A stretch of DNA of 64,000 nucleotides from an uncultured delta proteobacterium (GCA_963761335.1 CAVXGR010000011.1:256001-320000); one strand, 5' to 3'; counted from the stretch's first letter, positions 17,879 through 27,941 are shown. The notes: generated by a model not told the origin, from the sequence alone. Made by a program: numbers and translations.

Positions 17879-18442
17879 ATGCCTGAGGACAGGGCGGCCA
17901 AGCAGGCGGAGTTCGCCGAATGGGCGCTGCCTCACCTGGACCACATCCACAACGCCAGTCGCTACCTGGCGCGCAATCCGGATGATGCGGACGACCTCTT
18001 CCAGGAGACCTTCCTGCGGGCGTACCGTTTCTGGCATCAGTTCACTCCCGGAACCAACTGCCGCGCCTGGCTGCTGACTATTCTCTACAATACCTTCCGC
18101 AACCGCCATCGCGACCGCTTTCGGCAACAGGCGACCGTCGACATCGACGACATCGACCTGCTCGTCGATCCCGCCGAGACCGGCGCCAGCTCTCCCACCC
18201 CCGAGCGACTGGTTCTGGATCGCCTGCTCGACGACGAGGTGCAAGAGGCGATGCAGCAGCTGCCGCCGGACTTTCTCCAGGTGGTCATGCTGGTCGACAT
18301 GCAGGAGCTGAGCTACGAGGAGGCGGCCGCCGTGCTCGAATGCCCGATCGGCACGGTGCGCTCGCGCCTGTCCCGCGGCCGCCGCCTGCTCTATCGGTCG
18401 CTGGAGGCCTACGCCCGCGACCGCGGCTATCTGCGGCGGTGA
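17879..18442 (+). CDS. ECF sigma factor
   Basis: DADDLFQETFLRAY, AWLLTI, SYEEAA...GTVRSRLSRGR motifs. Confidence 0.93.
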   Translation: MPEDRAAKQAEFAEWALPHLDHIHNASRYLARNPDDADDLFQETFLRAYRFWHQFTPGTNCRAWLLTILYNTFRNRHRDRFRQQATVDIDDIDLLVDPAETGASSPTPERLVLDRLLDDEVQEAMQQLPPDFLQVVMLVDMQELSYEEAAAVLECPIGTVRSRLSRGRRLLYRSLEAYARDRGYLRR

Positions 18443-18457
18443 GGCGCGGAACGCCGC

Positions 18458-18610
18458 TCATTCTCCGTTCTCATTCCCGGTTCTCGTCCCGTCGTTTTCC
18501 ATTGCTCTGCGAGCCCCGGCAAAACCGATCCGCTACGGGTTACCCGCGGCTACCAGAACGAATGGAAAACGACGGGACGAGAACCGGGAATGAGAACCGG
18601 GAATGGGGAC
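18458..18610. repeat. ~150-bp inverted-repeat (MITE/REP-like) element
   Basis: GTTCTCATTCCCGGTTCTCGTCCCGTCGTTTTCCATT followed by its exact reverse complement at ~18561-18597; homologous to 405-454. Confidence 0.85.
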
Positions 18611-18687
18611 TCCTCGGCGATCCGCCCTCCTGGGATCCTCCCCCCGAGAGTTGCAGACCCTCCATCCTTCCGGAATAAGGGAGCATC

Positions 18688-19281
18688 GTGGCACAAAAGA
18701 AATCGCGCAAGGCGGCTCCCGAAAAGCCGCCCAAGGCCTCGTCGGGAGGCGCCGTGCCGCCGCCTCCCGCTACCGGCAGAGAGTTTCGCCGCTTCGTCCT
18801 CCGCTTCCTCGGCAGCCTGCTGCTCTTCAGCATGCTGTTCACCGTCACCAACATCCAAAATCACCTCTCGCCCCTGGAGAACGCCATCGCCGCGGGCACC
18901 GCGCTCGGCGCCCGCGCCGTGGGTGTCGGGGTGACGCGCACCGGCAACTCCCTCGCGGTCACCGGCGGCTTCCACATCGAGATCAACCACGAGTGCACCG
19001 CCTTCTTCGTGCTGATGATCTACGGCGCCTTCCTGCTCGCCTACCCGGCGACTCCGTGGGAGCGGCTGCGCGGCTTCCTCATCGGCATCGTCGTGCTCAT
19101 GGCGGTCAACGTCGCGCGGCTCATCGGCCTGGTCATCGTCGTCGACTGGCGACCATCGATGTTCGATTACTTCCACGAGTACTTCTTCCAGGTGATGTTC
19201 CTCGGCCTGATCACGGTGCTCGCGCACCGCTGGCTGGCAACGCTCAAGGTGCAGCGTGACGTCCTGGTCCTTCCTGGTTAA
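18688..19281 (+). CDS. Exosortase/archaeosortase family transpeptidase (exosortase H-like)
   Basis: INHECTA (Cys), NVARL (Arg), YFHEY (His) triad in a multi-TM protein. Confidence 0.85.
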   Translation: MAQKKSRKAAPEKPPKASSGGAVPPPPATGREFRRFVLRFLGSLLLFSMLFTVTNIQNHLSPLENAIAAGTALGARAVGVGVTRTGNSLAVTGGFHIEINHECTAFFVLMIYGAFLLAYPATPWERLRGFLIGIVVLMAVNVARLIGLVIVVDWRPSMFDYFHEYFFQVMFLGLITVLAHRWLATLKVQRDVLVLPG

Positions 19282-19750
19282 GTTCGGCCTCTGGTCGGCG
19301 GCCGCCTTCACGCTGTGGAGCCTCGCCCTCGCCGGCTGGTACGTGCACCTGATCGCCGCCATCGGGCCGCACGTGAGCGCCCTCATCGGCGCCCGGCCGG
19401 AGATTCAGGGCAGCGGCCGCGCCACGCAGGTGCTGTTCCAGACGGCCAACGGTCCGGTCGGGCTCCATCTGGAGACGGCCGCCCTCGGCCTGCTGCCCTT
19501 CTACGCCCTGCTCGGCGCCACCGGCTGGCAGACGCCGCTCCAGCGTCTCGCCGAAGCAGCCGTGGGCACCGTAGTGTTCGTCGTCTTCCACCTGACGCTG
19601 TTCATCGCCTATCCCTTCTTTCTCAACCACAGCGGCGTGGTGGTCGATTCGCTCGGCGCCTTCTGGGCCATCCTCGGCTACTGCGGCTTCCCCTTCCTGC
19701 TCTGGCTGGTGGTCCTGCGCTTCGGTGGGCAGCGCCCCCAGCCGGCGTAA
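19256..19750 (+). CDS. Exosortase-associated membrane protein
   Basis: Four predicted TM segments; overlaps the exosortase 3' end; PFLLW C-terminal motif. Confidence 0.7.
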   Translation: MTSWSFLVKFGLWSAAAFTLWSLALAGWYVHLIAAIGPHVSALIGARPEIQGSGRATQVLFQTANGPVGLHLETAALGLLPFYALLGATGWQTPLQRLAEAAVGTVVFVVFHLTLFIAYPFFLNHSGVVVDSLGAFWAILGYCGFPFLLWLVVLRFGGQRPQPA

Positions 19751-19751
19751 A

Positions 19752-19828
19752 GGGGACAGGCACTTTTTCGGGCGACGAACCCCGTCGGTTCGCTGAAGCG
19801 CTATTGCGCCGAAAAGGAGCCCGTCCCC
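19752..19828. repeat. GGGGACAGGCAC-type inverted repeat between convergent genes
   Basis: GGGGACAGGCACTTTTTCGG...CCGAAAAGGAGCCCGTCCCC; second copy at 36429-36502. Confidence 0.7.
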
Positions 19829-19838
19829 ATCCCGGGGC

Positions 19839-21080
19839 TCAGACCAGCCAGAAGGCGACGGCGCCGGTGGCGGCGACGGCGCTCATGCGCAGCAACACCT
19901 TGCGGCCCATCGGCCGCGCCCCGAGGATCACGACCAGGGCGGTCTTGGAAACCGTGTTGGCGATCAGCGCCAACAGGATGGTGCGCACCGCCATCTCGAC
20001 TGCGGTGCCGCTGCCGGCCATGCGCGCCGCCGACAGCGTGATGGCGTCGACGTCGGCGAGGCCGGAGATGGAAGCGGTGACGTAGAGCCCGGCGGCGCCG
20101 TAGGTCGCCTGCGCCGCCCGCGCGATGAAGGAGATGGCGGCGAAGGCGGCGGCGAACTGGATGGCCTGGGTGAGCGCGAAGGGGTTGTGGAACACCGGCT
20201 CGCTGGCCGGCTCCTCGGCTCCCTGACCGCGGAGCAGGGGCACGCACACGGCAATCGCCACCGCGGCCATCGCCGCCAGCGGCGCGCCGAGCGCGGCGAG
20301 GAGCCCCGGCTGCACGATGCCGACCACCACCAGGACGCGCGGCAGCATGACCGCCGAGGCGATGAGCACCGAGGAGGCCAGCAGCCCCGAGGGCGCCCCC
20401 GGCTCGCGACTGCGCTGGGCGGCGGCCAGGGTCACCGCCGTGCTCGACACCAGCCCTCCGAGAGCGGCGGCCACCGCCAGCCCGCGCCGCGCGCCCAGCA
20501 CCTCCATGAAGATGTAGCCCAGGAAACTGATCCCTGATATCAAAACCACCATGAGCCAGATCTCGTACGGGTTCAGCGCACCAAAGGGTCCGTAGGCCCG
20601 ATTGGGGAGGACGGGCAGCACGACGAAGGTGATGAGCGCGAACTTGAGCGTGGCGTGCAGGTCCTCGGTGCTGATGCGCCGGGCGAACTCGTGCAGCGGC
20701 GTCTTGAGCGAGAGAATCAGAGCCACCACGATGGCGCTGGCGACTCCGAGGCTCATGGCGCCGCGGGCGATGATGGCGCCGAGCAGAAAGGTGATGATCC
20801 CGGCGACCTCGGTGGTCATCCCCGGATCGCGCTCCAGCTCGGCGGCGTACGAGAGCAGCAGCAGGCCGGCGACCGCCGCCAGCGCCACCGCCATCAGCCA
20901 CCAGCCGACCATCTCGCCGAGCACCGCCGACAGCGCCCCGGCGAAGGCGATCAGCGTCATGGTGCGCACCCCCGCAAAAGGGGCGCGCTCGCGCTGGCGC
21001 ACGAACTCGCGCTCGAGGCCGATCAGGGCACCGCACAGCAGCGCCACGATCAGTCTCTGTCCGATCTCCAGCAGGGACAT
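19839..21080 (-). CDS. MgtC/SapB family membrane protein with DUF4010
   Basis: GALIGLERE, AGVRT, GMTTE, GGLVSSTA, GLADVDAI motifs. Confidence 0.9.
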   Translation of the reverse strand: MSLLEIGQRLIVALLCGALIGLEREFVRQRERAPFAGVRTMTLIAFAGALSAVLGEMVGWWLMAVALAAVAGLLLLSYAAELERDPGMTTEVAGIITFLLGAIIARGAMSLGVASAIVVALILSLKTPLHEFARRISTEDLHATLKFALITFVVLPVLPNRAYGPFGALNPYEIWLMVVLISGISFLGYIFMEVLGARRGLAVAAALGGLVSSTAVTLAAAQRSREPGAPSGLLASSVLIASAVMLPRVLVVVGIVQPGLLAALGAPLAAMAAVAIAVCVPLLRGQGAEEPASEPVFHNPFALTQAIQFAAAFAAISFIARAAQATYGAAGLYVTASISGLADVDAITLSAARMAGSGTAVEMAVRTILLALIANTVSKTALVVILGARPMGRKVLLRMSAVAATGAVAFWLV

Positions 21081-21137
21081 GGGCGCCCTTCCTCTATGCC
21101 CAGGCGCGCCGAGCCACAAGGCGCGGCGAACGGCCCG

Positions 21138-23009
21138 ATGAAGCGCTCGCCGCTGCTGCGCTTTCTCGGCTACGTGCGGCCGCACGCCTGGCTGATCGCC
21201 GGCGCTGCCGTCTCGGGTGTCTTGAAGTTCGTCCTCCCCCTGATCTTCCCACTCTTCCTCAAGTACCTGTGCGACGTCGTCCTCGGCCGCGACGTGCACG
21301 CCGCCGGCGAGACCACCAACCTCTGGCTCGGCCGGTGGTGCGAGCACCTGGTGCACCTCTTCCCGTGGCTCGGCAGCGGCATGCGCGGCCATCTCGACGC
21401 CATCGGCCTCACCTTCGCCGCGGTCACCGCAGTCCTCGCCGTGGTCTCCTTCTTCCGCAGCTACCTCGCCGGCAAGGCCGGCCACCGCCTGATCTTCGAT
21501 CTCCGCTACGCGCTCTACCAGCACATCCAGACGATGTCCCACTCGTTCTTCGACGAGCGGCGCTCGGGCGCCATCGTGGCGCGCTTCGTCAGCGACATTC
21601 AGCTGGCGCAGAACTTCGTCGGCTCGGCGCTCACCAATGTGTGGATGGACGGCTTCTCGCTCGGCTTCGTCATCTGGATTCTGTTCGTGCTGCAGCCGCG
21701 CCTGGCGTGGGTCGCCATCGTCGTCCTGCCGCTCTACATCGGGCTGATCCGCTACTTCTCCCCGCGCATCAAGGCCGCCAGCCGCGAGGTGCAGGAGATG
21801 ACCGCCGACCTCTCCGGCGAGCTGCACGAAAAGATCGCGGCCATCAGCGTGGTCAAGGCGTTCGGTCGCGAGCCGCAGGAGGCGCGCCGCTTCCACCGCA
21901 CCAGCCGCAACCTGTTCGACATGACCATGCGCAACGTCACGCTCTCGGCGGCGAACCAGGCGGCGACCGGCTGGATCACCACGGCGGCGCCGCTGGCCGT
22001 CGTCTGGGTCGCCGGCTGGATGGTTCTCGACGGCGGTCTGACGGTCGGTACCCTCATCGCCTTCTACGCCTATCTCGGCAGCCTCTATCTTCCCCTGCAG
22101 CGCTTCAGCGAGCTCAGCGTCGTGGTGAGCAACTCGCTCGCCGCGATCGAGCGCATCTTCGAGTTCTTCGACATCGCCCCGGAGGTCTACGACCGCCCGG
22201 ACGCCATCGATCTGCGCCGCGCTCGCGGGCGGGTGGAGTTTCGGCGGGCCTGCTTCGCCTATCCGCGCGGCGGCGCCGCCCGTCTGGCGCTGCGCGACGT
22301 CGACCTGCGGATCGAGCCCGGCGAGGTCATCGCCATCGTCGGTCGCAGCGGCGCCGGCAAGTCGACCTTCGTCTCCCTGATCCCGCGCTTCTACGACGTG
22401 CAGAGCGGCGCCGTCTCCATCGATGGACACGACGTCCGCGACCTCCGCCTGCGCTCGCTGCGCGAGCAGATCGGCATCGTGCTGCAGGACCCGGTGCTGT
22501 TCAGCGGCACGCTGCGCGAGAACCTGCTCTACGGCCGCCCGGAGGCGAGCAACCGCGAGCTCAAGGCGGCCGCCCACGCCGCCAACGCCGACGAGTTCAT
22601 CGACGACCTGCCCGACGGCTACATGACACTGATCGGCGAGCGCGGGGTTCGGCTGTCCGGAGGACAGCGGCAGCGCATCGCCATCGCCCGCACCTTTCTG
22701 AAGAATCCGCCGATTCTCATCCTCGACGAGGCCACCTCGGCGCTCGACTCCGAATCCGAGAATCTCATCCACGACGCCCTGCGCCGGCTGATGCGGGGGC
22801 GGACGGCGTTCATCATCGCCCATCGGCTCTCGACCGTGGTCAGCGCCGACCGCATCGTCGTTCTGCAGAACGGCGCCATCGCCGAGATCGGCCAACACGA
22901 CGAGCTGCTGCTGGCGGGTGGTCTGTACGCGCAGCTCTACGAGGAGCAGTTCCGCGTCTTCGGCGATCGGCTGCCGCAGGCGCGGCGCGCCGCCGGGGAG
23001 CCGGCGTGA
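21138..23009 (+). CDS. ABC exporter, fused permease/ATPase (MsbA/Sav1866-like)
   Basis: TMD plus GRSGAGKS, LSGGQRQR, ILDEATSALD motifs. Confidence 0.94.
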   Translation: MKRSPLLRFLGYVRPHAWLIAGAAVSGVLKFVLPLIFPLFLKYLCDVVLGRDVHAAGETTNLWLGRWCEHLVHLFPWLGSGMRGHLDAIGLTFAAVTAVLAVVSFFRSYLAGKAGHRLIFDLRYALYQHIQTMSHSFFDERRSGAIVARFVSDIQLAQNFVGSALTNVWMDGFSLGFVIWILFVLQPRLAWVAIVVLPLYIGLIRYFSPRIKAASREVQEMTADLSGELHEKIAAISVVKAFGREPQEARRFHRTSRNLFDMTMRNVTLSAANQAATGWITTAAPLAVVWVAGWMVLDGGLTVGTLIAFYAYLGSLYLPLQRFSELSVVVSNSLAAIERIFEFFDIAPEVYDRPDAIDLRRARGRVEFRRACFAYPRGGAARLALRDVDLRIEPGEVIAIVGRSGAGKSTFVSLIPRFYDVQSGAVSIDGHDVRDLRLRSLREQIGIVLQDPVLFSGTLRENLLYGRPEASNRELKAAAHAANADEFIDDLPDGYMTLIGERGVRLSGGQRQRIAIARTFLKNPPILILDEATSALDSESENLIHDALRRLMRGRTAFIIAHRLSTVVSADRIVVLQNGAIAEIGQHDELLLAGGLYAQLYEEQFRVFGDRLPQARRAAGEPA

Positions 23010-23422
23010 TCGAGGTGCCCGCCGACATTCTCGGTCGAGAGTTCGATCTCGGCATCGTCGAGGTCACCGCCGAGATGATCGCCGACTTCGCCCGCGCCGT
23101 CGACAGCGATGCGCTTCTCGCCGATGCGAGCGGTGAAGCGCCGGCCACCTTCTGTCTGAGCCTGCACCGCGGCATGACGCCGGAGGTGCCGCTGCCGCCG
23201 GACTGCTTCGGCGTGTACGGCGGCCACGACATCGAGGTTCTCCGGCCGATCCGCGCCGGCAACAGCTATCGCCTCAGTGCCCGCATCGTCGACAGCTTCG
23301 AGAAGAGCGGCCGCAGCGGCCCGCTGGCGGTGATCGCGCGGGAGGTGGTGATCCGCGAGGCGGGCGGCGAGATCGCGGTGCGCATCCAGGAGCGGCAGAT
23401 GGTGCGCCGCCGGCCGCACTGA
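23006..23422 (+). CDS. MaoC-like hot-dog protein (N-terminal-half type)
   Basis: IADFARAV, APATF, EKSGRSG pattern; GTGA overlap with the ABC gene. Confidence 0.75.
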   Translation: MIEVPADILGREFDLGIVEVTAEMIADFARAVDSDALLADASGEAPATFCLSLHRGMTPEVPLPPDCFGVYGGHDIEVLRPIRAGNSYRLSARIVDSFEKSGRSGPLAVIAREVVIREAGGEIAVRIQERQMVRRRPH

Positions 23423-23431
23423 GGCAGGGCC

Positions 23432-23833
23432 GTGGACCTCGGCGACGAGCTCGGACCGCTGCGGCGGACGGCACCACAGGCGGCGCAGATCGAAGCCTAC
23501 TTCGGCGCCGCAGTGATGAAGGAGCGCATCTTCTCCGACGCCGTCCACGCCACCCGTCTGGGCTTCCGCGGCATCGTCGTCCCCGGCCCGATGCTGGCGG
23601 CCCTGCTCGAGGAGTTTCTGCGGCGCCAGCTGCCGGACTGGCACGTCGAGATCTTCAGCACCACCTTTCGCATGCCGACCATCGCCGGCGACACCATCTC
23701 CCTGCGCGGCCTGATCACCGAGCACCACCGCCGCCAGCAAGGCGAGCGGTTGGTCTGCGACCTGATGATCGAGCACGAGAGCGGGGAGGTTGCCGTCATC
23801 GGCACGGCGACTTTGAGACAGGGGTCGAGGTGA
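23432..23833 (+). CDS. MaoC-family hot-dog protein
   Basis: GFRGIVVPGPML, FRMPTIAGDTI pattern. Confidence 0.75.
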   Translation: MDLGDELGPLRRTAPQAAQIEAYFGAAVMKERIFSDAVHATRLGFRGIVVPGPMLAALLEEFLRRQLPDWHVEIFSTTFRMPTIAGDTISLRGLITEHHRRQQGERLVCDLMIEHESGEVAVIGTATLRQGSR

Positions 23834-23874
23834 ACCGGGGGCTTGGTTTCTCGGTGGCGCGTGTCTCAAGACCA

Positions 23875-23945
23875 AAGTAGAAGCACCGTCCCGGCGCTTC
23901 CCGAAGCGGCGAGACGCCGCTTCTACTTGGCCCGCGGGCCGGCGG
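23875..23945. repeat. GTAG REP-like palindrome
   Basis: AAGTAGAAGC...GCTTCTACTT; near-identical inverted copy at 35236-35307. Confidence 0.85.
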
Positions 23946-23952
23946 ACCCGCT

Positions 23953-24930
23953 CTACGGCACCAGGATCACCTTGCCCACCGTCTGCTGGCTCTCGATGCG
24001 CGCCTGTGCGCGCGCCGCGTCGGCGAGGGGCACGGTCTCGATCGGTAGGTAGATCTCTCCGGACATCAACGCCGAGAACAGCTGCCGGTAGGCGTCGGGG
24101 ATCTGCTCGAGGTGCGCCTGAATGGTCGCACCGAGGAAGTAGGTGCGCAGCCCCAGATTGCGGCTGGAGCGCAGCCACGACTGCAATGACTCCGGCGGCG
24201 GATCGCCGGCGGCATGGCCGAACAGCACGACCGTGCCGTCGACCGCAGCCATGTCGAAGCTGCGGCCGAAGTGCGGGCCGGCCACCGAGTCATAGACGAC
24301 ATCCGCGCCGCGCCCGCCGGTGAGCGCCTGCAGGCGCGCCACCGGATCCTCCTGGCGGTAGTCGATGGTATGCGTGTAGCCCGCGCGGCGGGCGATCTCG
24401 GCCTTTGCCGGCGAGCTCACCAGGCCGATGCTGGTGGCACCGATCTTCTTCAGCAGGCCGCCCATGAAGCAGCCGACGCTGCCGGCGGCCGCGTGCGCCA
24501 CGGCTGTCGTCTGCCGGCCGACGGAAACCACTTGGTGAGTCAGGAAGTACGCCGTGAGCCCGGCCACCGGGCAAGCGGCGGCGAGCTCGAAGGAGAGGCC
24601 ATCGGGAATCGGGACGGCGAGGGCGGCCATGACCAGCGTCTTCTCCGCATACGCGCCGTTGACGTTGATGCCGAGAATGCGGTCGCCGGTGCGAATATGG
24701 TCGACTCCGTCGCCCACGGCGTCGACCACTCCGGCGAAATCGCTGCCGGGGATCACCGGCAGCGGCACGTCGGGCTCGTCGCCGCGCCGCGTGTTGATGT
24801 CGTGGAAGTTGATGGCGATGGCGCGGTTGCGCAGGCGTACGAATCCCGGCAAGGGCTCCGGCTCCGGCACGTCGACGAGCTGCAGAACCTCGGGCCCGCC
24901 GATGCGTGTCATGTGTATGGCTCTCATCAA
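23953..24930 (-). CDS. NADPH:quinone oxidoreductase (MDR / zeta-crystallin family)
   Basis: GGPEVL, AAAGSVG, GADVVYDSV, GKVIL motifs. Confidence 0.9.
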   Translation of the reverse strand: MMRAIHMTRIGGPEVLQLVDVPEPEPLPGFVRLRNRAIAINFHDINTRRGDEPDVPLPVIPGSDFAGVVDAVGDGVDHIRTGDRILGINVNGAYAEKTLVMAALAVPIPDGLSFELAAACPVAGLTAYFLTHQVVSVGRQTTAVAHAAAGSVGCFMGGLLKKIGATSIGLVSSPAKAEIARRAGYTHTIDYRQEDPVARLQALTGGRGADVVYDSVAGPHFGRSFDMAAVDGTVVLFGHAAGDPPPESLQSWLRSSRNLGLRTYFLGATIQAHLEQIPDAYRQLFSALMSGEIYLPIETVPLADAARAQARIESQQTVGKVILVP

Positions 24931-25056
24931 CCTCTACCTCTGGCTCTCATCGAGGACGGCCGCGACCAAGACCTGAGCGCGGCTTTTCAGCGGCCGAAAC
25001 GCCCGCGTCTAGCACGCCGCACCGTGCGGGTCGAGGGCGGCGGATCGGCGTGTGGA

Positions 25057-26547
25057 TCACCGCCAGTCGCAGCAGACGTCGCAGGCGCGGCAACGAGGCC
25101 CGGCGGCGGCATCGCCAAAGTAGCGAAGCAGCATCTGCCGCCGGCAGGAGCGGCCGGTGGCGTAGCGCTCCATCTGCCCGAGGCGCGCGTACTCGCGTTC
25201 CAGACGGTGCTCGAGCGCCGCGAAGTCCACCGGCAGCTCGTGCGGATGCACGCGCACTCGCAGGCGCCAAGCGGGCCGGGATGTGCCGCGATGCAGCGGA
25301 GCGATCACCCCGGCGTCGCGCAGGATGCGCAGCGCCGAGGTAATCGCCATCTCGCTGGCATAGCGCGACAGCGATTCCTGGATCTGGCGCGGAGACAGGG
25401 CCACCGTCTGGCCACCGGCGCCGAGCAGGGCGGCATAGACTCCGGACACCACTTCCGACGGCGGGTGGCTGCCCTCGATGAAGAACTCGCTGAGGCGGCG
25501 GTCCTCGCAGCCGTAGAGGAGAACGCCGTAGGCCGGCTTGCCGTCGCGGCCGGCGCGCCCCGCCTCCTGATAGTAGCTCTCCAGCGCCGCCGGCATCATG
25601 TGGTGCACGACGCAGCGCACGTCGCGCTTGTCGATGCCCATACCGAAGGCGTTGGTGGCGACGATGGCGGCGCATCGCCCGGAGAGAAAATCCTCCTGGG
25701 CGCGGCTGCGGTCGGCGACCTCCATGCCGGCGTGATAACGGGCAGCCGCGACGCGCTCGCCTCGCAGGGTCGCGGCCACCATCTCCACCAGCTTGCGCGT
25801 GCCGGTATAGACAATCGCCGGGCCCCGGACACGGCGGACAATGCGCACCACCTCGGACAGCTTGTCCTCATCGGAGTCGCGCCGCCGCACCACCCAGCGC
25901 AGGTTCGGCCGATCGAAGCCCGCCACCCAGATTCTCTCCGGGGCGATGCCGAGCTGCGCGACGATGTCCTGGCGCACCTCCGGCGTCGCCGTCGCCGTCA
26001 GCGCCAGTACCGGCGGCCGGCGCATCGCCGCCAGCGCCTCCCGCAGGCGCAGATAGCTCGGGCGGAAGTCGTGCCCCCACTGCGAGATGCAGTGCGCCTC
26101 GTCGACGGCGACGCGGCTCACGGCGAGGCGCCCGATGCGCTCGACGAAGGCGCCGCTGGAGAACCTCTCCGGAGCGACGTAGACGAGCTTGAAGCGAGCC
26201 GCACTCATCTCTTCCAGGCGCCGCCACAACGAGGCGCCGTCGAGGGAGCTGTTGATGTAGGCCGCCGGCACCCCGAGCCGCGCAATCGCATCCACCTGGT
26301 CCTTCATCAAGGCGATCAGCGGCGAGATGACCAGCGTGATGCCGTCCACCATCAAGGCAGGCAGCTGGTAGCAGAGTGACTTGCCGGCCCCGGTCGGCAT
26401 CACCAGCAGGAGATCTTCGCCGCGCAGGACGGCGCGCACCGCCTCCGCCTGTCCCGGGCGGAACTCCGCAAAGCCGTACTGCTGGCGAAGGTGCCGCCGC
26501 GCTTCCCCGAGATCGTCCTCGCCGGCGGGAAATGTCCGATCTGTCAT
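25057..26547 (-). CDS. recQ: RecQ family ATP-dependent DNA helicase (no HRDC domain)
   Basis: PTGAGKS, DEAHCISQWGHDFRP, TATAT, QEAGRAGRDG, zinc-binding CRR...CRACDVC; GGAGG RBS. Confidence 0.93.
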   Translation of the reverse strand: MTDRTFPAGEDDLGEARRHLRQQYGFAEFRPGQAEAVRAVLRGEDLLLVMPTGAGKSLCYQLPALMVDGITLVISPLIALMKDQVDAIARLGVPAAYINSSLDGASLWRRLEEMSAARFKLVYVAPERFSSGAFVERIGRLAVSRVAVDEAHCISQWGHDFRPSYLRLREALAAMRRPPVLALTATATPEVRQDIVAQLGIAPERIWVAGFDRPNLRWVVRRRDSDEDKLSEVVRIVRRVRGPAIVYTGTRKLVEMVAATLRGERVAAARYHAGMEVADRSRAQEDFLSGRCAAIVATNAFGMGIDKRDVRCVVHHMMPAALESYYQEAGRAGRDGKPAYGVLLYGCEDRRLSEFFIEGSHPPSEVVSGVYAALLGAGGQTVALSPRQIQESLSRYASEMAITSALRILRDAGVIAPLHRGTSRPAWRLRVRVHPHELPVDFAALEHRLEREYARLGQMERYATGRSCRRQMLLRYFGDAAAGPRCRACDVCCDWR

Positions 26548-26617
26548 TCGGTCCTCCTTGACCTGGCAGAGAGCCTCCCTTTTCCGGCTGCCGGCGCAGG
26601 TTGTCAAGACGACGACT

Positions 26618-26646
26618 GGAGTGCGGGAGCCATGCTTGCGCACTCC
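26618..26646. repeat. Short hairpin GGAGTGCG...CGCACTCC in a divergent intergenic region
   Basis: 8-bp perfect stem that extends imperfectly. Confidence 0.5.
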
Positions 26647-26720
26647 GCAGCCGTCCTTTCCTCTGATTTCCGTCGCCGCGCACCGCCGTGCTATAGGCCA
26701 GACAGAGGGGGACGCAGCCG

Positions 26721-27941
26721 ATGCCGCTCGCCGCTGGATTTCCCGCGATCGATTTCAGCGATTTTCATCGATTGGAGCTGCCGGCGCTGCTCGCCGCCGG
26801 ACGCGGCGCCATGGCGGCGCCCGCCGCCGTGGGCCTGCGGAGTATCGCCATCCAGCTGCCGGGCGGGGTGGCATTCACCTATCGGCCGCAGGCGCGCAGC
26901 ATCGACATCAGCGCCGGCACCGGTGGCGCCGACACGGTGATCGAGATGGACCTCGACTCCTGGCAGGGGCTGGTCCACGAGCTGGAGGCTCCCGCGGGGC
27001 TGCTCTACGCGCAGCGGGCGCGCTGTGTGCAGGGTAATCCGCTCGACCTGATGTCCTGGGAGTCCGCCCTGCGGGCTCTCTACAACGGCCGCACACCGTA
27101 CGCTCCCCAGAGTCTCCGCGACCGCCGCGGCGGGGCGCTGGATCCCCAGGCGACCTTCACCCTCGCCTCCGACCGCGACGAGATGTCTCACTTTCTGTGC
27201 AGCGCCGGCTATCTCTTCGTCCGCGAGGTGTTCCGCCGCGAAGAGGTGGAGGCGTTCGTCGCCGACGCCCGCGAGCTCCAGCGCGAGGCGCGCCGCGGCG
27301 ACAAGCTTTCCTGGTGGGGGAAGAACGCCGCCGGCGAGGAGGTCCTCTGTCGGGTCACCCGCGGCATCGCCAAGCCCCATCTGGGGACCCTGCCCGCCGA
27401 CCCGCGGCTCCTGCGGCTGAAGGGTCTCGCCGGAGAGACGCTGGTCTACCGCAAGGGCGAGGGCGAAGGCGTGGCGGTGATCTACAAGAATCCCGATCTC
27501 GCCGAGGGCCTCGGCGACCTGCCCTGGCACCGCGACTGCGGCATGGGCGGTCACGCCGTGATGTGCCCGGTCCTCCAGATTTCGGTCTATCTCACCGAGG
27601 CGACGCCGGAGATGGGCGAGCTGCTCATGCTTCCCGGGTCACATCGCGCCTCCTTCAATCCCCATGCTCCCAGCTGTGACCCCGCCCCCCACGCCGCCCA
27701 TTTCCGCGCTGCCGCCGGAGACGTGTCGCTGCACTACGGCGACACGGTGCACGCGGCGCCGCCGCCCACCGCAGGGCGGGCGGATCAGTACCGGATCAGC
27801 GCCGTGCTCTCCTTTGCCAGGCCCGAGGCTCGCCACCACCGCGGCGAAGGAAGCTACAACGACGTCCTCCACCAGCGCGACGACGGGCAGATCGAGCACC
27901 TGGAGACCTACGCCCGGCGGAGATCGCGACCGCCGTCGTGA
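26721..27941 (+). CDS. PhyH-like Fe(II)/2-oxoglutarate dioxygenase with SCP2-like N-terminal domain
   Basis: WHRD (HxD), LPGSH, GD...H...TVHAA distal His; the SCP2 call is pattern-based. Confidence 0.75.
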   Translation: MPLAAGFPAIDFSDFHRLELPALLAAGRGAMAAPAAVGLRSIAIQLPGGVAFTYRPQARSIDISAGTGGADTVIEMDLDSWQGLVHELEAPAGLLYAQRARCVQGNPLDLMSWESALRALYNGRTPYAPQSLRDRRGGALDPQATFTLASDRDEMSHFLCSAGYLFVREVFRREEVEAFVADARELQREARRGDKLSWWGKNAAGEEVLCRVTRGIAKPHLGTLPADPRLLRLKGLAGETLVYRKGEGEGVAVIYKNPDLAEGLGDLPWHRDCGMGGHAVMCPVLQISVYLTEATPEMGELLMLPGSHRASFNPHAPSCDPAPHAAHFRAAAGDVSLHYGDTVHAAPPPTAGRADQYRISAVLSFARPEARHHRGEGSYNDVLHQRDDGQIEHLETYARRRSRPPS

